A stretch of 63,463 nucleotides of DNA, the filler included, from Reclinomonas americana ATCC 50394 (lineage: Eukaryota): assembly GCA_048213135.1 (NCBI GenBank). It is 6 parts of 2 records of this genome, joined end to end, with 100 filler letters (N's around TTAATTAATTAA, not from the genome) between each part and the next. Parts side by side here need not be neighbours in the genome. Positions count along the whole stretch, not along the records: positions 1 to 18,446 come from PS015253.1; positions 18,547 to 40,044 come from PS015253.1; 4 more parts are not named here. One strand, written 5' to 3'. This document shows, in pieces, positions 10,702-25,315 of the stretch. Under the pieces are notes generated by a model. The model saw nothing but the letters and a program-made list of their open reading frames with translations. It had not been told where the DNA came from and ran no database searches. Position numbers and translations under genes: made by a program. How positions within the stretch are numbered: the first letter of the stretch is position 1; each line of letters opens with the position of its first letter.

Positions 10702-12318
10702 ATGTCCAACAACGAACCCCCTCTCCCCCCCTCCCTCCTCTCCCCGCTCCTCCACGCCACCTCCACCTACGACGCCCACGACTTCACCCTCGCCGCCACC
10801 CTCCTCTCCTCCTGCATCACCGCCCTCCGCGAGGCCGGCCACGGCGACCACGAGCACACCCTCCGCGCCTCACACACGCACGGCCTCGCACTCCTCTCCA
10901 CTGGCGACTATGCACAGGCAATCACCGTGCTGCAAGAGACACTGGAGAGGCGGCATCGCATCGACGGACCGGATCATCGCGCCTCACTGCTGGTGGCCGG
11001 CGACTTGGGAAGTGCATTGTACACATGCGGTGGTCGTGTGCTGGAGGCAGTTGCGGTGCTGCGGGACACAGTGGAGCGACAGCAGCGCGTGTTCTCGGTG
11101 CACGTGGAGGACGAGGAGGCGCAGGCACTGAATACGTTGCATGACTTGGCGCTGGCGGTGGAGGCGAGCGGGGATCGCGTGGCGGCGATTGCCATCAATC
11201 GGGATGTGCTGCGGCGGCGTGCGCAGCTGTTGGGCGACGATCACCCGCTGACCATGGTCACGGCGCATAACTTGGGCGTGAGCTTGTCGCGCGAGGGAGG
11301 CGAGTGGAGGGAGGAGGCGTTGCGCGTGTTGCAGGTGACCATGACGCGTCGGCTGGGCGTGCTGGGTGCGGACCACCAGCACACACTGTTGACGGCGGCC
11401 GAGGTTGGCACAGCGTTGCTGGAGCAGGGGCAGCACGCCGACGCTGTAAACGTGCTGCGTGTGGTCTACGAGCGGCAACTCGCGCTGTTGCCGCCGTACT
11501 GTCGCGATGTGCTCGTCACGCATCGCTCGCTGGCCGAGGCGCTGACGGCCGTGGTCAATGTCGACGATCCGGTCACGAGTGGCGAGGCGGTGCGGGTGAG
11601 TCGCGAGCTGGTGCATCGTGAGCATCGCTCGGTCGGCCCCGATCACGTGCAGGCGCTGATGAGTGCGCACAATTGCGCGGTGCTGCTGATGCGCTTCCCC
11701 GAGCACGCCCCGGAGGCGCTGCTGCTGTTCGAGGACACGCTGGAGCGGCGGAGGAGGGTGCTGGGCGTCGACGATCGCTACACCCTCAGCACGGCCACGC
11801 ACTTTTGCATCCTATTACGCGGGTTGCCGGAGCGGCATGCGGAGGCGGTGGAGTTGCTGCGCGACACCATGCAGCGCCAGCAGAGGGTGCTGCCGGAGAA
11901 CGACGCCGACACGCAGCGCACCACCAATTTCCTCTGCCTCGCCCTCAACGAGGCGGGTCGGCACGAGGAGGCCGCCGTGCTGTGTCGGGACTTGCTGGCG
12001 TGCCGGCGGCAGGTGCTGGGCGACGACCACGTGGACACGCTCACCAGCGCCTTTAATCTGGCACTCTTTCTGCGCGGATCCGCCGAGGCCACGCAAATGC
12101 TCGAGGACACACTGGAGAGATCGCGGCGCGTGTTTGGCGAGAATCATTGGCTGACGGCGAGTGTGGTGCGGCAGTTGGAGGGGGTGGCGGTGGTGGGAGA
12201 AGGAGGAGGGGAAGGAGGAGGGGGAGGAGGAGAAGAGGGGGTGGAGAATGAGAGGGTGGAGGAAAGAGGGGGTCCGGAGGAGGAGGAGGGGGGAGAGAAC
12301 GCGGGCGTGGATGTATGA
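10702..12318 (+). CDS. Intronless TPR-repeat protein (kinesin-light-chain-type TPR_10/TPR_12 repeats), 538 aa
   Basis: Repeated ~42-45 aa units such as RRRAQLLGDDHPLTMVTAHNLG and RRQVLGDDHVDTLTSAFNLA; acidic/Gly-rich tail. Confidence 0.85.
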   Translation: MSNNEPPLPPSLLSPLLHATSTYDAHDFTLAATLLSSCITALREAGHGDHEHTLRASHTHGLALLSTGDYAQAITVLQETLERRHRIDGPDHRASLLVAGDLGSALYTCGGRVLEAVAVLRDTVERQQRVFSVHVEDEEAQALNTLHDLALAVEASGDRVAAIAINRDVLRRRAQLLGDDHPLTMVTAHNLGVSLSREGGEWREEALRVLQVTMTRRLGVLGADHQHTLLTAAEVGTALLEQGQHADAVNVLRVVYERQLALLPPYCRDVLVTHRSLAEALTAVVNVDDPVTSGEAVRVSRELVHREHRSVGPDHVQALMSAHNCAVLLMRFPEHAPEALLLFEDTLERRRRVLGVDDRYTLSTATHFCILLRGLPERHAEAVELLRDTMQRQQRVLPENDADTQRTTNFLCLALNEAGRHEEAAVLCRDLLACRRQVLGDDHVDTLTSAFNLALFLRGSAEATQMLEDTLERSRRVFGENHWLTASVVRQLEGVAVVGEGGGEGGGGGGEEGVENERVEERGGPEEEEGGENAGVDV

Positions 12319-13400
12319 ATGGAGTAATGTTTTGTTGAAAGCGTCTGGATGTGTGCCGTACAGTTTTTCTGATCATGGGCAGTGTTCTTGAGTCCTGTGC
12401 TCCCTTCCACCTTTCCGTATCTTTTTCCTCACCGTTGCGTACATCAAAGCAATGTTTTCATTCACCTTGCGTCTTTCTTGTCGAGGAGGGGCGAGACATT
12501 GTGGGCGAGGATGCGAATGGAGCGATATTTTGTGGAGGTCGTGGTGTTGCACGCAGTTTCTTGGATCTGATCGCTTCTCTGAGCTGTGTTCTTGAGTCTT
12601 GTACTCCCTTCCTCCTTTTGCTTCTCATTCCTTTCTCTCTTGTGCGCCAAAGCACTATCTTCTTCGCCCTCGCGTCTTGCCTCTCGACGAGGGGGGAGAC
12701 AATGTGGGTGCGGATGCAAATGGAGCGATATTTTGTGGAGGTCGTGGTGTTGCACGCAGTTTCTTGGATCTGATCGCTTCTCTGGGCTGTGTTCTTGAGT
12801 CCTGTGCTCCCTTCCTCCGTTTTTGCTTCTCATTCCTCGCCCTCTTGTACGCCAAAGCACTATCTTCTTCGCCCTCGCTGTTTTCTTCACGAGGAGGGGG
12901 GAGACAATGTGGGTGTGGATGCAAATGGAGCGATATTTTGTGGAGGCCGTGGTGTTGCACGCAGTTTCTTGGATCTGATCGCTTCTCTGAGCTGTGTTCT
13001 TGAGTCCTGTACTCGCTTCCTCCTTTTTGCTTCTCATTCCTCACCCTCTTGTACGCCAAAGCACTATCTTCTTCGCCCTCGCGTCTTGCCTCTCGACGAG
13101 GGGGGAGATAATGTGGGTGCGGATGCAAATGGAGCGATATTTTGTGGAGGTCGTGGTGTTGCACGCAGTTTCTTGGATCTGATCGCTTCTCTGAGCTGTG
13201 TTCTTGAGTCCTGTACTCGCTTCCTCCTTTTTGCTTCTCATCCCTCACTCTCTTTGTGCGCCAAACCAGTGTCTCATCCACCCTCGCTGTTTTCTTCTCG
13301 AGCGGGGAGATAATGCATCCGTGGACGTGAATGGTGGTGTTTGTTTCGTCGCTCCGGCTCCTCTTCTCATTCCTCACCCTCTTATACGCCAAAGCACTCT
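12280..13400. repeat. ~204-bp tandem repeat, about 5-6 copies
   Basis: GTGTTCTTGAGTC recurs at 12382, 12586, 12789, 12994 and 13198; copies at both ends are degenerate. Confidence 0.85.
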
Positions 13401-13981
13401 TCTCTCTCCTCACTGTCCGTCCATGACTTCCTGTCTGTCTCCTGCAATATCTTCCATCGCTCAGCGAGCAGAGCATGGCTCTTTCCTTCTCGCGCTGGCA
13501 GTACAGTCCTCAAGCATCGCGATCCTTGAAAGTTAAGCGATGCCTTGACGTGATCCAAAGGTCGGTACTGGTGATTGTCTGGCTGTCAAATGCTGCACGA
13601 GGAGCAGCGCATGAGATGGACGTTGAAAGATGGTGTGGAAGCGCATGCCGAAGCACCTGTTGGAGGCTGCTATTCCGAAGCCTGCCGGTGCCTTCCAGTT
13701 GTGTGGCCACTCTCCAAAGAGATGCATGGCAAACCCTTGACCTCCTTCCTCCCTGATTGACTCCGCCACTCGAGCTCACCCAGCGGCAGCTCTGTGCTCT
13801 TCATGGCCACCCTCCAATCGGTTTAAAGTTCACTAGTCTCGGGGCGTGGACCGTTGACCCTTGGCAGAGCTCCTGGGGCGCGCTAAAGCGCATCAAACCC
13901 CCTTCAAGTACCAGAAACGTCGCGATCGCGATCCACTCTGTCCCACTTCCTCGTTCTCCGACTTGTCTCCACCACCAAAGC

Positions 13982-14844
13982 ATGCACATCCTCGTCTCTC
14001 GCGTCCCTACTCGCCTCCTCCACTCACCTCTCTCCTCCTCTTCTTCCTCTTCCTCCTCCACCGTTCCATGGCTGATCGCCTTTGATCTGGAGGGCACACT
14101 TTTGACAACTTCCGATGCTGCTCCCTCTCACAAGCCGCCCTCCTTCTCACTATCGCTGTCGCCCACTGACTATCGCACGGTTGCGTTGATGTGTGTGTTT
14201 GCGTGAGAGAGAGAAAGATGTTGATCGCTTGTCATTGCAGTTGTCTCCGACATCGATCGATGTGTGGCTTCGGTGAGAAGCGATCGCCCTTCCTGCTCTT
14301 CTGCACAGCCCCTGACGAGTGCGTTCTCTCTCTCCCTGTGTGTGAGTCACAGTCATGGTCTGTGCGAGTGGTTGCACGGGAGTTGGGCGTCGACTGTGAA
14401 CGCTCGTTTCGCCGTGCTCTGTGCATCGCCCGACGGTACGCTGTGATGTCGATCGCACGCAGCGCCAGTGCTGTCAGTCTCACTGACGTATGGCAGAGTT
14501 TTGTCGGCGAGTGGTCGCCGAGTTGGATCCGCACCAGCGACTCTTTGACAAGGTCCTCTCCCGCGATTCGTGCAGGTATGCCGTCGTCGTTCCGCACCCT
14601 CTGATGCGTATCGCCCATCGAGTGCAGATTGGAAGGGCTGCAGCGCGTTCGCGATCTAATGGCCCTCCAGCACCCGCTCGATCGCGTCGTGTATGTCACC
14701 GCCGATCCACTGGCGTGCCCGGCGGAGCAGCGATCGCGCATGCTGCTGGTGCCTCCCATGTCGGGCAACGCGGACGACGATGCGCAGGCGTTGCTCGAGC
14801 TTAGCAGTCGCCTGTATCATCGTCTTGCGCAAGAGGAGCAATGA
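13982..14844 (+). CDS. FCP1/NIF (SCP/TIM50-like) HAD-family domain protein with degenerate active site; start uncertain
   Basis: Exons encode WLIAFDLEGTLL, VVAELDPHQRLFDKVLSRDSC and RVRDLMALQHPLDRVVYV..LVPPMSGNADDDAQALLEL, paralleling the NIF motifs DLDETL, LDP..F..RLFRESC, KDLSxLGRDL and GDxxDxELL. Confidence 0.65.
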
Positions 14845-14897
14845 AAACGCGACGACATTTGAGGGATTTCAGAGAAAGAGAAACAAGTCAGCATTCT

Positions 14898-17800
14898 TCA
14901 CTGCGCAGCAGCAGCAGCAGCAGTTGCTGGAGGTGGTGCTTGAGGTGTTGCCGTTTTCGCCGCCTGTCCGCCAGCGGGTGAGGCGGTGGCCGGTCTCCTA
15001 ACGGCTGCCGAGGGCGGCGGACTGCGTTGACGGGTCGGCGAGGCGGCGGAGCGTGGCGGTGACTTGTTCTTGGCCGCGTAGTCGCGATAGTACTGCTGCA
15101 GCGAGTCGGACGACTCGTTGGCCGTCTCGTCGCCCTCCTTTAGTGCACAAATCGAGTCAGGGAAATGCATGCACGAAGACGTACAAGGGACGGAAGCGCA
15201 ACTTTGTGCAGCCGCGGTCGAAAGTCGAGCTTTGGCTGCCACTTTTCGCGCATCTTCTCCAACTCGGCTTGCCGCTTGGTCAGATCGGCGGCGGCTAGTC
15301 GCTCGAAGACGCCGCTGGCGGGCTCTGGGGAGCGGGGGAAGGGAGGGTGAGGGAAGGGAAGGGTTGGGGAAAGGGAGTGAAGGGGAAAGGAGAAGGGGAG
15401 AAGGAGAGCAGCGCGGTGAGGAAAACGGAAGGGGAGAGGAAGAATGGGGAAAGGGGAGAAGGGGAAGGGGAGAAGGGGAGCAGCGCGGTGAGGAAAACGG
15501 AAGGGGAGAGGAAGAATGGGGAAAGGGGAAAGGAGAAGGGGAGAAGGGGAGCAGCGCGGTGAGGAAAACGGAAGGGGAGAGGAAGAATGGGGAGAGGGGG
15601 AGAGAAGGAGAGGGGGAGAGGGGGAGAGGATGAGGATAGATGGAGAAAGAAAGTGTGCGACTGGAGATATGTTCACGAATCTTCTGCCTTTCTCTGACAT
15701 GCATTGTTTGACGACTTGTCCCCAAAGGCGTGAGTGAATGGGAGCTCTTTTTGTCTCGCTCACTCAATCTCTCTTGCTATAGTGTCAAGATGCAGACGCA
15801 CAAATGTGAGAGTAAGAAGGAGCTCGCTCCAGTCCACAATCAACAAATCTCTCTTCGCCCGTCCCTGACTAACGCACTCAGTCGCGTGCTCGCAGTCTCT
15901 CTCTCTCACACACGCATTCTTTCTCTCCTTTTGCTCCAATCTCCCGCCAAAGGCACAGAGAGCAGCGAAAATTCTCTTCTCCTTCTCCACTCATCTGTCT
16001 TTCTCCTGGCAAATCTGTGCCTCTTGCGACGCAGCCACATGTACAGCAGAACGAGAGTAAAGCAACACACCTCGCGCGCCCGTGACTTGCACTCTCTCTT
16101 TCTCTCTCTCTCTCTTCCTATTGACATTCTCTTCCCGCCAGACTGACGGTAAGGTAAGAGTGCAGAAACCGATCTCTCTTCGACCGTCACTCACGCTCTC
16201 TCCCTCTCTCTCTCTTTTCTGTATTCGCGGATGCACGATACAATGAGAACGCAACAAAAGCTCTCACTTCCCCCGCTCTCTTTCGCTCTCCTCATTCATG
16301 CTCCGTTCCATCCCGCCAGAGGCACGGAAAGATGTGGATACTCTGTCTCTCTCTCGCACNNNNNNNNNNNNNNNNNNNNNNNNNNNNNNNNNNNNNNNNN
16401 NNNNNNNNNNNNNNNNNNNNNNNNNNNNNNNNNNNNNNNNNNNNNNNNNNNNNNNNNNNNNNNNNNNNNNNNNNNNNNNNNNNNNNNNNNNNNNNNNNNN
16501 NNNNNNNNNNNNNNNNNNNNNNNNNNNNNNNNNNNNNNNNNNNNNNNNNNNNNNNNNNNNNNNNNNNNNNNNNNNNNNNNTGTGAGATATCCAAAAAAAG
16601 GGCGTGCGACCTGCGGTGGACGACGCAACTGATCGTACTCGCGCCGCAGCTTGGCCTCCTTGACGCGATCAATCGCCTCGCTCATGCACTCCAACTTGTG
16701 CAACGCATCCTCCCACTTGTTCGTCGGCGTCACCACCACTCCGCGCACATTAATCTGACTCGCCGACACATTAAAGGGAAAGTACAGCGGGGTGTCGGGG
16801 TTCAGTCGCGCCAATCGCTTCTGCTTCTTCTTGACCGAGGCCGGCGGCTGCACGGGGTCCGAGTCGAGAACTTCTTGCACGAGACTCGGTCCGCGGCGGG
16901 TGGTGCCGGAGGAGGAGGCCTTTTTCTGTGGCAGGGAAAGGGGGAAGGGAGGGAGAGAGAAGGGGCGATGAGGGAGGGCGAAAGAGAGAATGAGGGGGGA
17001 GGAGGCAAAAAGAGATGACGAGTGGGTGTTGAATCGCCAGCGAGTGATGGAGAAAGAACAAATGAACGAAGTATCGAGAACAGACGGCCAGGTAGAGGAC
17101 ACGGTGAGAACTCAAGGAACTGAGGCGGAAGCTGCAGCGAGAACACACGACCCGGAAACAAGTGAACACGAGAGAAAGGCCATGGTTGCGGAGAAAGAGG
17201 AGCCGAAGCAGCAAAGGAGGACAGCGAGAGGAGAAGCGATTGCAGAAGGAACAGAATAGAGTGCACAAGCAACTGGAGAAGAACAACAAGAGGGACGGAA
17301 CACAGTGCTCGGCGAGCAGCAAAGATCGAATGCCGCTCAAGCAGCGAGTACCCAGTGAAAAAGAACAGAGGGCACAAGCTGCTGGAGAAGAACAACAAGA
17401 GAGTTATGCGCATGGAGGAGCGTGGGAAACGGAACAGAGTGCACAAGCTGCTGGAGAAGAACAACAAGAGAGCTATGCGCATGGAGGTGAGTGGAAACGG
17501 AACAGAGTGCACAAGCGACTGGAGAAGAACAGTTATGCGCATGGAGGAGCGTGGGAAACGGGACACAGAGTGCACAAGCTGTTGGAGAAGAACAACAAGA
17601 GAGTTGCGCGCATGGAGGTGAGTGGGAAACGGAACACAGAGCGCACAAGCTGCTGGATAAAACAACAAGAGAGTTATGCGCATGGGAGATGGAATAGAGT
17701 GCACAAGCCACTGGAGAAGAACAGCAAGAGAGTCATGCGCATGGAGGTGAGTGGGAAACGGAACACAGAGTGCACAAGCAACAGAGAAGAACAGCAAGAG

Positions 17801-18288
17801 AGTTATGCGCATGGAGATGAGTGGGAAACGGAACAGAGTGCACAAGCTGCTGGAGAAGAACAGTTATGCGCATGGAGGTGAGTGAGAAACGGAACAAGAG
17901 TGCACAAGCGACTGGAGAAGAACAGCATGAGAGTTATGCGCGTGGGAGATGGAATAGTGTGCACAAGCAACAGAGAAGAACAGCAAGAGAGTTTAGAGAG
18001 GAGATGAGTGGGAAGCGGTTCGCAAGTGAGAGCAAGGGGGAGAAGAACAGCAATAGAGGGCAGTAGCGAGAGAGAATGGAGAGCGGGATGATTGTAAAGA
18101 GAAGAAACAAGAGTGGAGAAGCCAAAACGCACTGATGGTGACGCGCTGCCGTTTCCTGCCTGTGCATGAGGAGGCGACGAGTCCTCACTGGGCGCAGACG
18201 CAGGAGCAGCAGCTGATGTCTTGTGCTGTTGTTGTTGTTGTTGAGGAGACATAAAGGCAGAGGGAGCTTGTGAGGGCGGCGACCACAT
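14898..18288 (-). CDS. Hypothetical multi-exon low-complexity/coiled-coil protein
   Basis: Protein-like exons MWSPPSQAPSAFMSPQQQ, KWEDALHKLECMSEAIDRVKEAKLRREYDQLRRPPQ, GVFERLAAADLTKRQAELEKMREKWQPKLDFRPR and SLQQYYRDYAAKNKSPPR with splice-like borders. Gene boundaries and linkage of the exons are inferred. Confidence 0.5.
17250..18010 (+). repeat. ~60-70-bp minisatellite, roughly 10 imperfect copies
   Basis: Recurring GAACAGAGTGCACAAGC(T/G)(G/A)CTGGAGAAGAACAACAAGAGAGTTATGCGCATGGAG. Confidence 0.85.
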
Positions 18289-18363
18289 CAATGAGTCAGT
18301 GTCAGTGGGTGCGTCGGCACCACCCTGTAATGAGAGAGAGAGAGAAGAGGGGGAGTGAGTGGC

Positions 18364-18446
<83 letters not shown>

Positions 18447-18490
18447 NNNNNNNNNNNNNNNNNNNNNNNNNNNNNNNNNNNNNNNNNNNN

Positions 18491-18502
18491 TTAATTAATT
18501 AA
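18491..18502. other. Artificial scaffold spacer TTAATTAATTAA (also 40089-40100, 54851-54862, 60098-60109, 62308-62319)
   Basis: Identical 12-mer with stops in all six frames, flanked by N runs, seen five times. Confidence 0.95.
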
Positions 18503-18863
18503 NNNNNNNNNNNNNNNNNNNNNNNNNNNNNNNNNNNNNNNNNNNNCCCCCTCCCCCTGCTTTGCTTGCTCCACGGATCCGAACCCGACGTTGTGCTTCG
18601 TGCTTGCGGCTTTGGTCTTCAGCCAGCTGCGCATCACGCGTCTGCGCATGCATATGATTGTTCGAAGTTGATCATGAGGTCGTGAATCGCTCTCCGAACA
18701 CATCCAGGCTGTTGTGCTTTGCGAGTGAGCCCCTCGACTGCTCGTTCTAGTGGCTCCGCCCAGCACGCCTGCGCGCATCGGGCCTGCCTTCCGTCATCGA
18801 CGTGCATGCATTGCATCTGTCCCGTCCAGTATCTATCATCATCGCGCGCACAGTGCATTCGCC

Positions 18864-21957
<3,094 letters not shown>

Positions 21958-22699
21958 ACTGGCGTCGCTGCAAGTGAACAGCCAAACACACTTCTCTCCC
22001 ATCTGCGAACATATTTAGCACTGCCATTCATTTCCTTCCCGCGCACACGCAGCCTCACGACGCGCGCCACCTCTCACTTGCACTCCGCCAGTGTGGCTGG
22101 CAGTAGCACATAGAAAAAATCTACTTTTTTGAAAATCTGAGACACACCCAAGACAGGAGCGAGTAATCTCCATCTTTGACGGGCGTGCTCGTCACACGAT
22201 GAGTAGGTTGGCGCACTCGCGAAACCGCGGCGCTGCAGGAAAAACAAGGAAAGATACAGCCCTCCGCCGACACAATTGTGACGCGGAGACGCCGAGGCAA
22301 ATCACTTCATGCCCTCCGTCGTCGTGCCAGCCACTTGCTTGCGAGCCAGCATGACCACCTGGCACACACACAATCAGAGACTGACACAGGGAAAAGACGA
22401 AAGGATAAAAGACGCAACTTCACCAGGCCGCGGCCACCGCCGCTGCTTCAGCTTGGAGAACAGCAGTGTGCCCGTGTCCACTCGACCCAAATACACCTCC
22501 ATTGCACCCGACGGCGGGGACTCTGGGTTGCCTGTGCACGAGAAGAGGTGAGAATTACAGGCAAACGGAGGATGAGATGAGGGGCGATGTTGAGTTTCTC
22601 TCTCTTTGCAGGCACGTCGCTCGCTCTGCTCTCACTGTGTCGCTCGCGGTATCGCTCGCTGTGCTCTCGCTGTGTCGCTCTGCTCTCTCTCACTTTGTG

Positions 22700-22910
22700 T
22701 CTCTCGCTCTGCTCTCTCGCTCTGCTCTCTCGCTCTGCTCTCTCGCTCTGCTCTCTCGCTCTGCTCTCTCGCTCTGCTCTCTCGCTCTGCTCTCTCGCTC
22801 TGCTCTCTCGCTCTGCTCTCTCGCTCTGCTCTCTCGCTCTGCTCTCTCGCTCTGCTCTCTCGCTCTGCTCTCTCGCTCTGCTCTCTCGCTCTGCTCTCTC
22901 GCTCTGCTCT
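22700..22910. repeat. 13-bp tandem repeat (CTCGCTCTGCTCT)n
   Basis: Directly visible; explains the 13-aa periodic ORFs here. Confidence 0.9.
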
Positions 22911-23739
22911 CTCTCTCTCTTTCTTCTCTCTTTCTCTCTCGCTCTGCTCTCTCCCTGTGTCGCTCGCTGTGCTCTGCTCTCTCTCTCTCTCTCGCTCTAT
23001 CTCTGTGTGTGTCGCGCGCTGTGCTCTCATATGTCTCTCGCTCTGCTCTCTCGCGGTCTGNNNNNNNNNNNNNNNNNNNNNNNNNNNNNNNNNNNNNNNN
23101 NNNNNNNNNNNNNNNNNNNNNNNNNNNNNNNNNNNNNNNNNNNNNNNNNNNNNNNNNNNNNNNNNNNNNNNNNNNNNNNNNNNNNNNNNNNNNNNNNNNN
23201 NNNNNNNNNNNNNNNNNNNNNNNNNNNNNNNNNNNNNNNNNNNNNTCTCTCTCTCCCTTTCCCTCATCACCCCTTCCCTCATTCTCCCTTCTCCCTCCCT
23301 TCTCCCTTCCTCCCCTCCACCACACACACACTCACCCACAACCACAGATCCCGGAAGCGCTTCCTTGAGCTCCTCAGCGAGCTCCTGGAAAGCGCCATAG
23401 TAACCTCAGGAAGCTATATCAAAATCAATCCATAAATCTCTCCCCTCACTCTCTCACACACACATAAATACAAACGCAACTACAGAAGAGAATGCTAAAG
23501 TACTGTCCATTGCCTTGCGGCTGTTTACACAATCACACAGAGAGCAAGTGAGACAGACAAAAACGCGCGCGAATCTTCTTCTCTCAAAGACACTCACTCA
23601 CCACAGAGTCGATCGCGTCACCCGATTGCCCGCTTCCCATGAGACCTACTCACACATACACACACACACAGAGTAAGCCTGTGAGAGAACTCGGAGTGTC
23701 CACTCCGATTATTGCGCACCTCTCTCGTGTGTGTGTCCT

Positions 23740-25315
23740 TCAACTCCACCAAAAGGACACTGAAAAGCTCACTTGCAGCGAGCGTACATAGTGCCAATAG
23801 TGCGGTGGCATGTAGAGCATATCCCCACGCTCTAGTGTGCACTCCCAGAACGGCACGCCGGCAAAGAGCGGGAAGGCGACGTCGACGTCGGGGTTCGCGA
23901 CGTCGATCAGGCTGGTGTTGTGCAGCATGCTGTCGGGGCGCGGGTACAGGCGCGTGGAATGTGCGGGTGAGTAGATGCGAATGAGCTTGCTGCCGACGGC
24001 TTGGCAGAGGAGGTTGTGGTGCGGGTCGTGGTGGAGGGGGGAGATGGTGCCGCGCGGTCCGAACCAGGCGTTGCGGGTGAAGACGGCACCGGTGCCGAGG
24101 GCGCGGCAGTAGGGCGGAGTGACGATGTCGTGCTGTAGTCGGGGGATCTGATCAAAGAGCGTGTGCTGCGCGAGGTAACCGCGTTCCTCGTTCGGGTGCA
24201 GCACGAAGATATCGACAAAGTCGAGCAGCGGAATCAGTCGCTGCGACCAGCCCTCGGCGACGTAGTGTTGGCCGACCTCTGCGCAAATAGGCGATAGTGA
24301 GCAAAGTGGATACAAGGGCGGAGCGGCGGCTGCGAACAGACCAACGGGGACTGTGCGATGGCCGGCCACTCGTTTCAAGTACGCCATGTTGGCCCAGCTG
24401 TGGTCCGCCGACATGCACGGCCACTCCTGCATCGCTCGTGCACTATAAGCCATGATGCGCAGTGGGTGCCGGTGATGAGGCACGCCTCACCTGCATGCAT
24501 CCACGCAACAGCGCCGGTCGCATCGGCGTGAAACACTCCCTCTCAAACTCCTCCACCGACGGGCACTCCAGCACCAGCAACTCCAATCGCTCCGATCCAG
24601 GCGGCACTGGGAGCTCCACCTCTTTGTCCATCACGAACGAGTGAGCATCCAGGCGAAGAGTGGAAGACGAGACAACTGCACACCATCGCGCTCCAGACTG
24701 GCAATCTCCATTTTGTCTTCTTCTCCCCCTTGCGCATCGTCCTCGCGATTCGTATCGCGCAGCTCCTCCACCAGCTCCAACAGCTCAAAGGCCTCCTCGC
24801 GAAACATATTCGCGCCCATGATCAGCGCCATGTCAATCGTCCGCGAGACCTCACACAATCGATGCGAGTCAAAGCGATGCAATCGACCTGTGCGCCACGT
24901 GCTAAGAGAGAGACTCGGAAAGGTGAGAGGAGGAGAGAGAGAGACCTTGCTCCTCATCCATCAACAGCTCGATCTTGGCCAGTGCCAGCGAGGCTGCAGC
25001 ATACACATCTCGCCAGGCGACATTGACACGATGCCACACTCCCACATGCAGCTGCTCCCAGGCAAGGATCTGTGCCTCCACTGCACACTTGCGTGCTTCT
25101 CTCGGTTGGCCACGACGGTCAGTGAGCGAAGAGTGCACGCGTTGCAGGAGTGACACGACGAGTGTGCCGTATGACTCGGGAGGGCGCAGTTGCGCGAGGA
25201 GTGTGTCCCATTGGTGTTGCAGCTCGTCAGAGACTGTGTCAGTGGTGGTGTGGTGGGGGCGGTGGCCAGCTGGATGCAGTGTGAGGGTGCCGTGTGGGGT
25301 GTACTCCAGGTGCAT
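23740..25315 (-). CDS. JMJD5: JmjC-domain protein 5 (KDM8-like hydroxylase); start approximate
   Basis: AWEQLHVGVWHRVNVAWRDVY, GHRTVPVEVGQHY, GYLAQHTLFDQIP, NAWFGPRGTISPLHHDPHHNLLCQ, GDMLYMPPHYWHYVRSL..SFSVSFWWS. Confidence 0.9.

Noticed and set aside
12380-13260. CRISPR-like array, or WH2-like peptide DSRTQLREAIRSKKLRAT on the minus strand
   Set aside because: Whole units are repeated with no unique spacers and no cas genes. The peptide frame is closed by stops/frameshifts in the units and has no supported exon structure.
5749-18446. Gasdermin or other substrate gene adjacent to the caspase-NLR
   Set aside because: None recognisable downstream; the upstream side lies outside the window, so it is untested.
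18447-18545. Recurrent TTAATTAATTAA palindrome as a biological element
   Set aside because: Always embedded in N runs; a six-frame-stop spacer added when contigs were concatenated. Gene neighbourhoods across it are not real.
22278-23435. Possible small + strand gene (SLENSSVPVSTRPKY.. / RKRFLELLSELLE..)
   Set aside because: Short segments separated by repeats and a gap; no recognisable domain or consistent model.
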